DNA of 64,000 nt from Batkoa obscura (lineage: Eukaryota), in NCBI GenBank assembly GCA_030770535.1, contig JASVEC010000002.1, positions 1,798,001 to 1,862,000 of the forward strand, read 5' to 3'. The notes under the pieces were generated by a model. The model was not told the DNA's origin. It searched no databases and saw only the letters and a list, made by a program, of their open reading frames with translations. This document shows, in pieces, positions 29,977 through 41,583 of this stretch. Each line of letters starts with the position of its first letter. Positions within the stretch are counted from its first letter, which is position 1. The position numbers and the translations under genes were made by a program.

Positions 29977-30396
29977 ATATAATTTTAAATCTTAGTCACA
30001 ATTTTATTGTTTTAACAAATTTCTAACTTACAAAGCATTTGGTAGTTTAAACCTTTTCAGCAAATATCTTTACTAATATTAATCAGTTTTTAAAAAAAAT
30101 AATATTTAATATTTCAAAGCTTGGTATAATCATTTTTATATTATTAAGATAATTTTATTTATGCAAATTGTAAAAAATGAAACATTTTTACTTTTTTTAA
30201 ATATGTAGCATTAATTTTAATAACTGTCAATTAAAGTATTAAATTTAAAGAAACTGTTTTTATTCCAGAGTTACTAAATTTTAATAAAATTAATATAAAT
30301 GAACTTTTGACTATAAGAAAATATATAATATAAAAAATTACATGAAACTAGATTTATCAATAATTGTAATAGCTAATTAAAATAGCTATATGATAT

Positions 30397-30494
30397 GAGG
30401 ATGTTTTTTTTGATTTCACTACTTTTTCTATCTTTTAAGCGTTATTTGAGTGGAAAAATTGTTAGTAAATTCTTAAATGAAAAAATACATCCCC
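30397..30494 (+). mobile_element. MITE family A copy
   Basis: GAGGATGT...ACATCCCC, TSD ATAT/ATAT. Confidence 0.88.
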
Positions 30495-31026
30495 ATATAT
30501 TGTTATTGGATCATGTGCCATATAATTAGTATTTTGAAAGGAACTAATGATTTTAATATATTTATTATCAATGAATAGTAAATTTAATAAGTAAAGTGTA
30601 AAAAATAGTTCTGCTTTTTTAAAAGCAAAGAAACAATATAAGATTTTTATTTAAATATTGAATGGCCTTCTTAGATACTTTCAATAAAGGGTGTACTATC
30701 AACACTTAAAAAACAAAATTATTTTTGAATTTAATTTTCTAGTGGGGAATTAAGGTTTGTGAAATCTGATACTCAGTGATTGGAGTCAAAAACAGCTATT
30801 GCCTGATTGACTACACTGTAAGTCGAAAGTTCTTATTTTATGTGGTTAAGACACACTCGGATTATGAAAAATAGAACGTAATAGGCTACAGACTATGTAA
30901 AACAAATAGAATAGACAGTACTAATGTAAAATCTACGTAAAATACTATTAAGTAAACTTAGTACCTTTATTAAATGTACGAAATATCAGGGAATAATTCA
31001 GCTAAAAAGCTTCGAACTTACTATAT

Positions 31027-31525
31027 GGGGCTATTTTTGGTTCCATTATTCTTCCATTTTTTAAGCGCTATTTGAGTGGAAAGATTGTTAGTAAAATTCT
31101 TAAACAAAAAAACACATCCCTGTGAAATCTGGTACTCAGGGTTTGGAGTCAAGAACAGCTATTGCTGGGTTGACTACACTATAAGTCGAAAGGTCTTAGT
31201 TTATGTAACTAAGATAGACTTGGATTATGAGGAATAGCACGTAATAGGTTACAAGCTATATAAGACAAATAGAATAGACAATACTAATGTAAAATCTATG
31301 TAAAATAATATTAAGAAAACTTAGTGGCTTTATTAAATGTTCGAGATATCAGGGATTAATTCAGTTAAAAAGCCTCGAACTATTATACTCTGTAAACTCT
31401 TTTATACTCTGAAAAGTATAAGTATCAAAATGAGAAGATAATATTCTTTTGGGTGGAACTAGAAATTCTCATAACAAATCAAAATAATTAACCATGGGAC
31501 TGACGAAGCGATATTTCACATCCCC
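31027..31525 (+). mobile_element. MITE family A copy split by the inner LTR-like element
   Basis: Body 31027-31120, terminal remnant 31521-31525; TSD ATAT at 31023-31026 and 31526-31529. Confidence 0.85.
31121..31520. mobile_element. Inner 400-bp solo-LTR-like element with 4-bp TSD TCCC
   Basis: Starts TGTGAAAT, ends ATTTCACA; TCCC at 31117-31120 and 31521-31524. Confidence 0.82.
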
Positions 31526-32238
31526 ATATCCTGAAATCTCTTTTATACTCTGACAAGTATAGATATCAAAATGAGAGGGTGATATTCTTTGAGACAAGAT
31601 ATAAATTCTCATAGCAAATCAAAATAAGAGCATGCATGGGGTTGGTTGTTTCTGAACTCGAGAACACAACAGCTTAGGCGATTATTATGCTATAGTTAAC
31701 CATAGGGGCTGACAAAGCGATATTTCACAACTAGTGGACTTTTAATGGTTTAAACATATTTGTTAAAACTTTATTAGGATGCTTTTTGTATGTATTTCTT
31801 TTTATCTTGTTTTTGCACTTATATGTATTTATTAATTTAATTATCATCACCTATATTGGATGATTCTAGGATATTTTTTGAGAGCAGTCATCCATACTAA
31901 GTTTAACCTGGAGGAGGTAGCAGGTCAAACTAAGAATGTTCGGCTGTGATCCATTTTATACAAATTTTAGATAAAGTCACTTAATAATTAATAACATAAG
32001 TCTTTTTCTTTTAAGATTTAGATTGCAGAATAGGATTTTGCTAGTGACTTCGCTAACAGTAGTCAAATGAAACTCATCTTAGTATTTGTTGCTTTGAGCA
32101 TTAATTAGCGTATCTATCAAGGAGATTGAACAATTGCTCATTAATGTTTGTTTTGATATAGAGCAAGTTCCATTTCATTATAACTATAAATCCTTATTTC
32201 AATTGTCATTGATTTTATACAAAACTGAATATACATAA

Positions 32239-32602
32239 GGGAATGTATTTTTGTATTCAAGAATTTTAACATTTTTTCCACTGAAATAGCGCTTAAGATA
32301 GAAGAAGTGATGAAGTCAAAAAAAACATACTCATAAGGAATTTAATAATAATGATAATATGGGGATGTCCTTTTTGCTTAAAAATTTTACTAACAATTTT
32401 TCCACTCAAATAGCGCTTAAGAAATAGAAAAACAATGGAACCAAAAAAAACACTTCCATATCTCGGTTTATTCACAAATTTTCGTTAGTCCAAATAATCA
32501 TATGGGGATGTATTTTTTTGCTTAATAATTTTACTAACAATTTTTCCGCTCGAATAGTGCTTAAAAAATGGAAAAAGTTATGAAACCAAAAAAAACAGCC
32601 CC
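32239..32602 (-). mobile_element. Cluster of three reverse-oriented MITE A copies (32239-32332, 32361-32457, 32504-32602)
   Basis: Each has its own TSD (ATAA/ATAA, ATAT/ATAT, ATAT/ATAT) and the spacers are unrelated. Confidence 0.88.
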
Positions 32603-32778
32603 ATATGGTATTTATATATAGATATACTATTCAATTATTAATGAGAATTTATGTTGATTCAAATATCAACAATAAAATAATTAATAGAAACCCACTTTTA
32701 TATAGTATTGATAGAAATAATACGAATAGTTTATTAAGTTAAAAGACATTAAAGATATTATTTTACAAACATAAAAGA

Positions 32779-33969
32779 CTAATTACGATTCAAGCATGTA
32801 CTTATTGAACCCCAGAGTAAATTCGATAATGAAGCAGCACCAGCCATAACTGAAAATGCTAGTAATGAATTTCTTTTATCACACCAACCATTTAAACCAC
32901 CAATTGGACATGGATTATATTGAAAGGCTAAGGCCAATGTAGCACATATCCAAAATATAGTTAATATTAAATCCATACTTAAATTAATAATTTTTGGTAA
33001 TTTGGGACGATAGCCAACTCTTCTTTGATAAAAATCGACCATATGAAAGATGCCAATTAAAATAGAAAGTGAGCTTAAAAAATAATAAAAATTGAATGTA
33101 TTTGAATAGTCCGGTACATCTTTTCCTATATACTAAAAAAGTTTAATCACTTATTTATATTTACAAATAAATTTAAAGCTATTTACTTGAGTGGTAACAA
33201 TAGTTAATATAAGACACATAAATGCAGCCGAAAACTCAAACATTCTTAAACCAAAACGAAAAAGATTTGGTTTTCTTCCTCTTGAAGCATGACGATGACG
33301 TACTGTTAATTTTTTCCAAAATGTATCTGCTTCAACTAAATCTTCTGGCATACCTAACATTGCTGGATGAGTAGGGTAATCAAACTTGGCAGGTGTTACA
33401 TTGGGTGGTAAACTAATATCTTCTGGTGTTAATACTACTTTATTTTGTGCAGTGTTTTCATTTTGATTTTCACTAACAGTTGTAGTATTTTCTGATACTT
33501 GGCTAATCTCATTATTTGAACTTGAAGTTCCAATTTGATTTTGTTCATCTGAAGTTTCTTGAATTCTTTGGTTAATTAGATTTTGAGTTGTATCTTCGTT
33601 TATATTCACTTCATTATTCAACACATTAATTTTTATCCTACCATGATGTTGATAATCACTTTGTGATGTTGTTAAAGGTGGTGGATGAGATTGTACATAA
33701 TGTATTGCATTATGTTGATTACTTAAAGGCATCTGACTTAAAGTTGGGGAACTATTATTAACTGGATTGGGATAAAGATGGTATTTTTGTGGTGAATATA
33801 AAGCTGGATTTGGATTTTGATAATAAAGCGTGGGGTTATAATGTTGTTCTGGTATCCCTTGATAAGGAGAATGCACTCCATATTCTTGTGCTAAATTAGT
33901 TTGTTGAGCATAATATCTTCGATATCTTTCAGCTTCTTCAGGTGTTATATAGTTGATATTATTTTCCAT
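32779..33969 (-). CDS. MARVEL-like four-TM membrane protein with long Q/P/N-rich N-terminus, 2 exons
   Basis: ORFs 33151..33969 and 32779..33042 join via a short intron (TTQ|YIGKDVP); four hydrophobic helices, LRMFEF start, D..LTIFW, CPIGGLNGWC loop. Confidence 0.75.
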
Positions 33970-34639
33970 ATTGAATAAATAAATTAAAAAATTAAAAGTG
34001 GATATTTAAGTTCTACTCACAAGTGTAAGCCTTGGCTTGAGTTCATGTTTGACATGGTTTATTAAACCAATCATCATAGTTTCCCAAACTTTATTTAATA
34101 TAAACGAATAAGAATTTTATTATTGATTCCTTTTGGATATTTTTGTAGTCTCCAAATTGATTTTGCCCTAAATTATGATTTGATTTTTACAATTGTCAGG
34201 CTTTTATTTTTATTCCAAGATAATTTCATTATGAAAAACTGAGAAGGATAATTTTTGAGTCTCGAAGCAATAATGCCAAGCATACAAAAGAATATATTTT
34301 TATGTTCTTTAAAAATAAATAGGTAGTCTATTATAAATTAGACAAAGAAAGTTAATAAAAATTAGATAAAGGGCCAGAGAGTGCTTATTTTTTTACCTTT
34401 ATTAATTACCAACATACCTCTAGACTAATGAGTTTGCTTATCAATGTTATGCTTATTAGACAAAAAACTACATAAGTATTTTCTTGTTTCCTTTAAAAAA
34501 ACATTGTGAAAATATATATATACTTTAATAGACTAACAACATCAAAAAAGTGCAAAAATATTAAAAATAAGCCAAACTTAATAGTGAAGCATAAGTTCAT
34601 TTTGATCAATAATTTGAAACTAACAATATAATGTGATAT

Positions 34640-34726
34640 GAGGATGTATTTTTTTAAAGAATTTTACTAACAATTTTTCCGTTGAAATAGCACTTAAGAA
34701 ATAAAAATAATGAAAAAAACATCCTC
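34640..34726 (-). mobile_element. MITE family A copy (reverse, small internal deletions)
   Basis: GAGGATGT...ACATCCTC (matching variant in both TIRs); flanks ATAT/GTAT. Confidence 0.8.
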
Positions 34727-34924
34727 GTATGTAAGATTTCTAAATAACTTATTATTGTTATAATTTTGATTTTTATAATTATATGCTATAAAAAACCTTA
34801 TTTCAAAATACCGTTATCTTTTATACTTAACATTGACACATGGGCAGTTGCAATGTAATATGTATTATAAGTACTTAATAATAATATTTATGCGATATAA
34901 AGTTTGTTTTACAATAATATATAT

Positions 34925-35013
34925 GGATACCTCTTTGTTTAAAGAATTTATCATGTTTTTTCTTCTTAATAGCACTTAAAAGTGGAAAAAATTATGAAAC
35001 CAAAAAACATCCC
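34925..35013 (-). mobile_element. Degenerate MITE family A copy
   Basis: AATAGCACTTAAAAGTGGAAAAAATTATGAAACCAAAAAACATCCC followed by ATAT. Confidence 0.65.
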
Positions 35014-35413
35014 ATATATATTACAATTATTGAAGTATTGTATTATTTTTAATATTGTTAATACAAAGTACAAAATATTAGGGTTTTGATATAAAATAAA
35101 ATAAAACCTAGAATTCATATTTAACAGTGAAAACTATTTTCATTGTCACCAAATGATAATTATTCAAAAAACTTTAGTAAATAATTTAAGTGAATTTAAC
35201 ATTGTACAATTTATTTATGATAAACTTGTGAAAAAGCTAAAATAGAAAAATGACAATTAAAAAATCAAGATGAAGTGAATATACAAAAATTAATTTATGA
35301 CAATCACCATGTCAACCACTACCTTGATATTTTGAAGCTTTCAATAAGTAGAAGTATTTAAGAGCTATCGATGTTATATATTTAAAATTACGTTATAGCT
35401 TTATTAGCTATAT

Positions 35414-35502
35414 GTGAGTTTTTTTGGCTTCGTCACTTTTTTATCTTTTAAGTACTATTTAAGTGGAAAAATTGTTAATAAAATTGTTAAAAAGAAATCC
35501 TT
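35414..35502 (+). mobile_element. Degenerate MITE family A copy
   Basis: TTGGCTTCGTCACTTTTTTATCTTTTAAGTACTATTTAAGTGGAAAAATTGTT; ATAT flanks. Confidence 0.72.
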
Positions 35503-36853
35503 ATATTTAGTTCATTAACGTCTCCGAAATTGACTATTGTATAAAATTTAAAAAATAAAAACAATTAGAATTTATAATAGCGGGTAATCCTAAACAAATC
35601 ATAAAATAAGTTATTAAAAGACCTTTGAGTAAAGGCTAATAACTATTTTAATGTTTTATTTTAAACTTTATCCCTTCTAAGTTCATGGAATTCATAAAAT
35701 ATCAATAATTTGGAAAACACTCTCAATTTGTACAATCACTATAACCTCTCCGATATTAAGGTTTATGCTAAATATAAACTTGAACTACGGTATATATTGA
35801 TTTTAAAATAAATATGAAATCACTTATTTTCCACTACTCTAGATAGCTTCGGTACTTACTATAGAATGAACTTGTATTAACTTTTATAATAATTGAAAGT
35901 ATGCACTTTGAATCTTTTATTTCCAAAATTAATTTAACCGAACTACTTGGGATTGTGGAATAAAAGGCATATTAATTCCCTTTATTTTATTTTGCCCATA
36001 TTATTAATGAATCCTATCTTCCAAATTAAATAAAACCTTAAAATACTATCCTTGTTTACTACTGCTTTTCTGGTTTGAACTTTTAACAGATTTTAAAGTA
36101 TAAAATTATTTAATATCATTCTCTTTCTTCTTTAAAGTGTACTAACCATTATGTAAATTTTAATTTAAGTGAATATTGAAAATACATTAGCATTAGATCT
36201 AGTACATATATTAATTGTCATAAAAGGGAGACTATGTCCCCAATATTTGTTTGAAAACTAGTATTATTAATAAAAATCGTTAATAAATTATAGTCAACAA
36301 TAAGAAACAAGCCATTTAGAGCCTAGAAGAAATTTCGCGTTTATACTTGCATCTGGTTATACCATTTATAATTATCCTCTTGGCTACGTCGTGTTGCATT
36401 ATTTTCGATTGTTTTACTTATGATATTTATACTTTGGATTACTCCGAACTATACATACCAAATTTGTAGCTTACATCTTGAACCCTCTCTGAATTTGAAC
36501 CGAACTTCATATATAATTTACTATTAAAAGTGTAATTAGTTCATCCCTCTATTTTATGGGTCGTAATACGCATTTTATTAAGGCTAAATAATAAATATTT
36601 AAATAATAAGCATTTATTAAAAATGATTTTTAACGTGTCATAGAACAATATACCGGATTTAATTTTAGCTATTGAATTTTGTTACCAATTTTGTCAATAA
36701 AAATAATAGTTTATTATAATTTCATATTTGCTAGCAAAATGGAACATATATAAACCTTCACATAGAATTTGTATCATTAAAACATTTGAGTTCTACATTA
36801 TCTCTATATATTTATTCCTTCCATTTTATAATTGATCGCTCTATATAACTACT

Positions 36854-38806
36854 ATGAAGGGTTTTCTTTTTATTATTTCCTTTGCCATCTTATTCTCGGG
36901 TTCAGCTACCACCGCAGATACTACAAGTGATGACTCTTATCTTTACAAGAAGAATGATTATAAAACCGCTGAAAAAACTTATGACTATATAGTTGTAGGA
37001 GGAGGTTCAGCTGGTGGTATGGTAGCTATGAGATTAGCCAAATATGGTTATAAAACCTTATTGATTGAAGCTGGACCAGAGCCTGAACCAGGGCCAGCAA
37101 GTTATAATATAACTACCGCTGGTATCTCTTTCCGTGCAACTGAAGATCCAAAGATTTCCTTTGATTTCTCTGTTAAACATTACCCAGAAAGCACCGGTAT
37201 CCGCCAAAATGTATTTTATCCAAGAGTAGGTGGATTAGGTGGATGTTCTTTACATCATGCTCAAATTGAAATGTACCCACAGCAACAAGATTTCGACCAA
37301 CTCAAGAGTTTAACTGGAAATGCAGTATTCGAAGAAAAAACTTTTAGAAACAAATATTTTAAGCCATTAGAAAATAATCAATATCCAACAGATCTTAGAA
37401 ACGCTAATGACCATGGTTTCAATGGCTGGCTGCCTCTTTCTTACAACCCAGTAGAACGTGTTGGTCCAATTGATCAATCACTTATTGATTTTCTCTCCTT
37501 TTTAGGTCCAAATCCAAAGTATGATGTCAATGGTTATGTGAATGGTAAACTTGGTACTAGTCAAGAATCTACATTTACTATCCCAGGTGGTGTTCATCTG
37601 AATAATTTTACCAGAATGAATTTCCTTGGTCAAATGCAAATGGCCCGAGCTTTCACTCCATTAACTATTCTTACTGATACTTTTGCAACTAAGATCTTAT
37701 TCGACAAGAACAAGAAAGCAACTGGAGTAGAAGTTCGTCATGGTAAATACCTATATAAAGCTTCACCAATGTATAAACAAGCCAATTGGGATTCAAGTGT
37801 AAAAAACCAGTTCTTTGCTACTAAAGAAATTATTATCTCTGGCGGTACCTTTATGACCCCACAACTACTTATGCTTTCAGGTATTGGAGATGCAACTCAG
37901 TTAAACAAATTTAAAATCCCAGTTATTTCCAACCTTAAAGGAGTAGGAAAAAACCTTCAAGATCGTTATGAGATCCCATACAGTACCGATTTAAAACAAA
38001 ATCTTGAAATATTTAAAGGTTGCCCATGGGTCACGGACCCAACCAAAGATCGATGCTTTAAAAACTACTTAGAAACTAAGACAGGGCCTTATTTACATGC
38101 CCCTGGTTTTAGCGGTCAAATTAAAAACTCAAAAGCTGGCTTAAAAGAACCCGATACTTTTTTTATCAGTCTTCCTATCTATTTCCATGGTTACTATAGA
38201 GGATATACTCAAGACATTGTTAATAACCTTCATTATTTCACTCAACTAGTATTAAAAGCACATTCCAAAGGAAGAGGCCATGTTAACCTCGTATCCGCTA
38301 ATCCTAATGATGTACCTGACATCAACTTATTAAAATTCAACCGTAATGGTGCTGAAGATATGAATGTCTTAATTGATGGCATCTTGTTTTTGCGTAACCG
38401 CACTAATGCTAATGTAGGTACTAAATACCAAGAAGCGCTGCCAGGTAAAGATATTAAAACACGCAACCAAATAGCCAAATGGATTATCGAAACGGTATGG
38501 GGTCACCATGTATGTTGTACTGCAAAATTGGGTGCTGACTCTGATCCTTATGCTGTACTTGATTCTAGATTTAGAGTTCGTGGTGTTAAGAGCTTAAGAG
38601 TAGTTGATATGTCTATTTTCCCTGATATTCCTGGCTTCTTCCCTAACTTATTTATTCATATGCTTGGAGATGTTGTTGCTGATTTTGTTCATGAGGATAA
38701 CAAATCAGCTTCAGATGTACTTGCTAAGTCCCCCCCAACTACAGGCGGTGATTATACTGAAGAGTATGATGGCTTGAATGTAAACGATCCCAAGGTTGAG
38801 AAATAA
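36854..38806 (+). CDS. Secreted GMC (AA3-like) FAD oxidoreductase, intronless
   Basis: Signal peptide; YDYIVVGGGSAG Rossmann motif; TPQLLMLSGIG; GVGKNLQDRYE; WGHH; VLDSRFRVRGVKSLRVVDMS. Confidence 0.93.
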   Translation: MKGFLFIISFAILFSGSATTADTTSDDSYLYKKNDYKTAEKTYDYIVVGGGSAGGMVAMRLAKYGYKTLLIEAGPEPEPGPASYNITTAGISFRATEDPKISFDFSVKHYPESTGIRQNVFYPRVGGLGGCSLHHAQIEMYPQQQDFDQLKSLTGNAVFEEKTFRNKYFKPLENNQYPTDLRNANDHGFNGWLPLSYNPVERVGPIDQSLIDFLSFLGPNPKYDVNGYVNGKLGTSQESTFTIPGGVHLNNFTRMNFLGQMQMARAFTPLTILTDTFATKILFDKNKKATGVEVRHGKYLYKASPMYKQANWDSSVKNQFFATKEIIISGGTFMTPQLLMLSGIGDATQLNKFKIPVISNLKGVGKNLQDRYEIPYSTDLKQNLEIFKGCPWVTDPTKDRCFKNYLETKTGPYLHAPGFSGQIKNSKAGLKEPDTFFISLPIYFHGYYRGYTQDIVNNLHYFTQLVLKAHSKGRGHVNLVSANPNDVPDINLLKFNRNGAEDMNVLIDGILFLRNRTNANVGTKYQEALPGKDIKTRNQIAKWIIETVWGHHVCCTAKLGADSDPYAVLDSRFRVRGVKSLRVVDMSIFPDIPGFFPNLFIHMLGDVVADFVHEDNKSASDVLAKSPPTTGGDYTEEYDGLNVNDPKVEK

Positions 38807-40458
38807 AGTTAATTAGTAGTTTCAATAAATTCTTACAAAATATTATAATCTACAAATAATTATATGTGCTTTATTGAATAAACTTGGCCTGAGTTGTGTT
38901 CAAGAGGAGAAAGATGTTAAACTATAGACCTATAAGTCTTTTAATGAAACTTATCTTGTTTATAAAAAGCCAAATCAACAAGTTCGTTGTTATAAATCAA
39001 TATATTTAGTTCTATATTAACTTTAAACTAAAACAAAATTTTAATATTGTACTACTATTGTACTTTATAATTAGCAATTGTAATAATGTATTTTTTGTAT
39101 GAGTCTTTACTGCATTCAACAGTATTTTAATATATATTTTGCTCAGAAAGAAAAACTTGTATACTAAAAAAACCACAGTACATATTTTTTTGAATATCCT
39201 CATTTGGTAGTGACGATTAATATAGCCTATACCACGGTTATCTATCGCTTTATTGGATTAGACAGAGCGTTATCCAAGCACTGTCAAAAGTATACAAGAA
39301 GCTAAAGCTAATAAACTACACCCTTTTCAAAGAAACCCTTCTTATTTTTAATCAGCCATTTATCTTCATTTATTGTCATTTTTATAACTACTATAAATAC
39401 ATAATAAACCAAGAAAATCATAATAAGCTGTATAATCTTATTTGAAACGAGACTTAGCTTGAACGAAAACCTTCAGATCATAGTCATGAAAATATACTTG
39501 TAATCAATATATAAGCAATAAACGCTGTAATCAACAGCTCAACTGATCTTCTTTTAAATGATTTATTCTTTGCATTTATAGTAGGCACATATATAAGGAA
39601 AAAATAATGTAAATAATGTAAAACTCGGACACTTAGCTTCCTTAAAAGATCCAAACTGACCAGTGGAAAGATTTTCATCTGTTTTCTTCAATTCAAAATT
39701 GCAATGACCTAAAGCAGCGCCCTCTTGGGTTATAATGTTTAGCTTCAAGATATTATTTTTATCCTTATAACTTTTGGCTTCAATAGTTATTTTTTTAACA
39801 TGTATTTCATCACCAATAAAGTTTTTCCAATTTTTGACTTTAAATATAGTCTTAGGCCAATTTTTTTCATAAAGTGAGGAACTAGAATACTTACTTTTGC
39901 ATCATCATTGATGTATATATTTATTTTATTATTAACCTATTTAAGTTCAAAGAATGGTTGTTTTATTTAGCTTGCTGCCCTATTATAACACTTTTTCAAA
40001 TGTTAGAATCTGAATGATTATGAGGTAGCGTGTTTTTAAATTTTTGATTGGCGGGCTTAAAATGAGAGAAAACACGAAACATTTGAATTAAAATAGTTGC
40101 TCAAGTTGAAATAAACTCTACAAAGTTGATTTTACAATTTCATTGAATTTTTAAACTCAGCACAATAGCTTTAGTTTCAACATAATTGGTTGATACTGAA
40201 ATTAAACCAATGATAATCCCCAAAGTCAACCAATCTTTACAAAATCATTTCTAAAAAGTAAGCATAATGTAAGAATTCCCCAACCTTAAGCATTTTACAC
40301 CTTAACTAGTTCACTATCCTTAGCTTAAATCATTAGCCAATCAAATTAACGTAGGATCTAGATAAAACGAGCAAGCTACCATTTGAATTAGAAATAAAAC
40401 TACGATGATGCAATAAAATTTAATTGTCTTTTTAACCAAAGAGATAACCCAAATTGTT

Positions 40459-41325
40459 ATGACCATGTCCAACTCATCTAATGAAAACCCAATGCGCGTT
40501 ACTCCACTCCCTCTACAACATGAGTGGTGTTTTTGGTTAGAAAAGTAAATATTCAAATAAACTATTAGTAGATTAATATTAAACACCCCAACTCATTTAT
40601 AGGTATAACCCAACATTACCAAACCATTCTTATTCAACCAATTTGACTTTGATTTGCACAGTTAAGACAGTACAGGTAATTAGAAAGAAGAATAAGTTTA
40701 TTGAATGCTACTAACTTTTAAAACGTAAAGGAATTTTGGTCTGCTTACAATAATATAATTTCACCAGAACATTTACAAAATCGAAACAGTATTCATTTTT
40801 TTAAAAAAGGGGTTAAACCAATTTGGTAATTACTAATTATGATAATATTTTATTAAATAATCAATTTGAATAGGGAAGATCCAAAAAATGAAAATGGAGG
40901 TTCTTGGTCCTATCGTATGCCAAAAGATCAAAGTGTAAAAATTTGGCCAGAGTTATTGATGCTTTGTGTAGGTAGGATTTTAGATGAAGCTTTTACTCAA
41001 GGTAATATTAATCTTAGCTTTCAAATACTTTCACCTGTGAATTAAATTTCTTTAAATATACTAATATGATTTAATAGGCGACAGCTTAATTGGTGTATCC
41101 ATCAGTTCACGTTGGAATTTGGATATCATTCAAATTTGGAATTTTTCAAGTGGTTTAGCAGCTACGGCTAAAGTTGAAAAAACTCTTCAAAACTTAGTTG
41201 AAGGTGTTGAGCTCCAACAGCCCTATTATAAAGGTAAGTTTGGATCTCTTTTTATATAATAATTTTGTAACACGGTTGTGTTTTTAGCTCATAGTGAACA
41301 TTCAGACTTTAAAAAGGGAGCTTGA
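40459..41325 (+). CDS. eIF4E family cap-binding protein, class III (eIF4E3)-like, 6 exons; absent from ORF track
   Basis: Spliced: PLPLQHEWCFWLEK...SYSTNLTLICTVKTVQEFWSAYNNI...KPIWEDPKNENGGSW...IWPELLM...IGVSISSR...IQIWN...YYKAHSEH. Confidence 0.9.
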
Positions 41326-41583
41326 TTTTTTTTCGAAATTTACGGTGACACTAATTCCTCTTTTAGTTCTCTTATTAAACTTTAAGTTATTTATCATGAT
41401 TTATGTGTTTGTTTTTACCTGTTATGTTTTAGTCTGTATTATATATGTCATGTTACATAGCATATAATATAAATAGCCTAAGTATCTGATACATCATTAT
41501 TTATGTGATTTTGGCCAATAAAATAACGAGTTTAAAAATAATTGCCATGACTGATATTTAATCTTTTTTATAAAAAATATAAA

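Larger units (their letters stand above)
30758..31729. mobile_element. Outer solo-LTR-like element (TGTGAAAT...ATTTCACA), interrupted by nested insertions
   Basis: 30758-31026 plus 31530-31729 align collinearly with the intact copy at 31121-31520; TG...CA ends with an 8-bp inverted repeat; no clear TSD. Confidence 0.75.

Noticed and set aside
32239..32602. Regularly spaced repeats resembling a CRISPR array
   Set aside because: Units are ~100-bp MITEs with individual TSDs, in a eukaryotic genome with no cas genes.
39200..39920. Minus-strand coding-like fragments (LYEKNWPKTIFKVKNWKNF...; ORF 39563..39748)
   Set aside because: Possibly a decayed gene, but I could not build a consistent spliced model or recognise a family; needs BLASTx.
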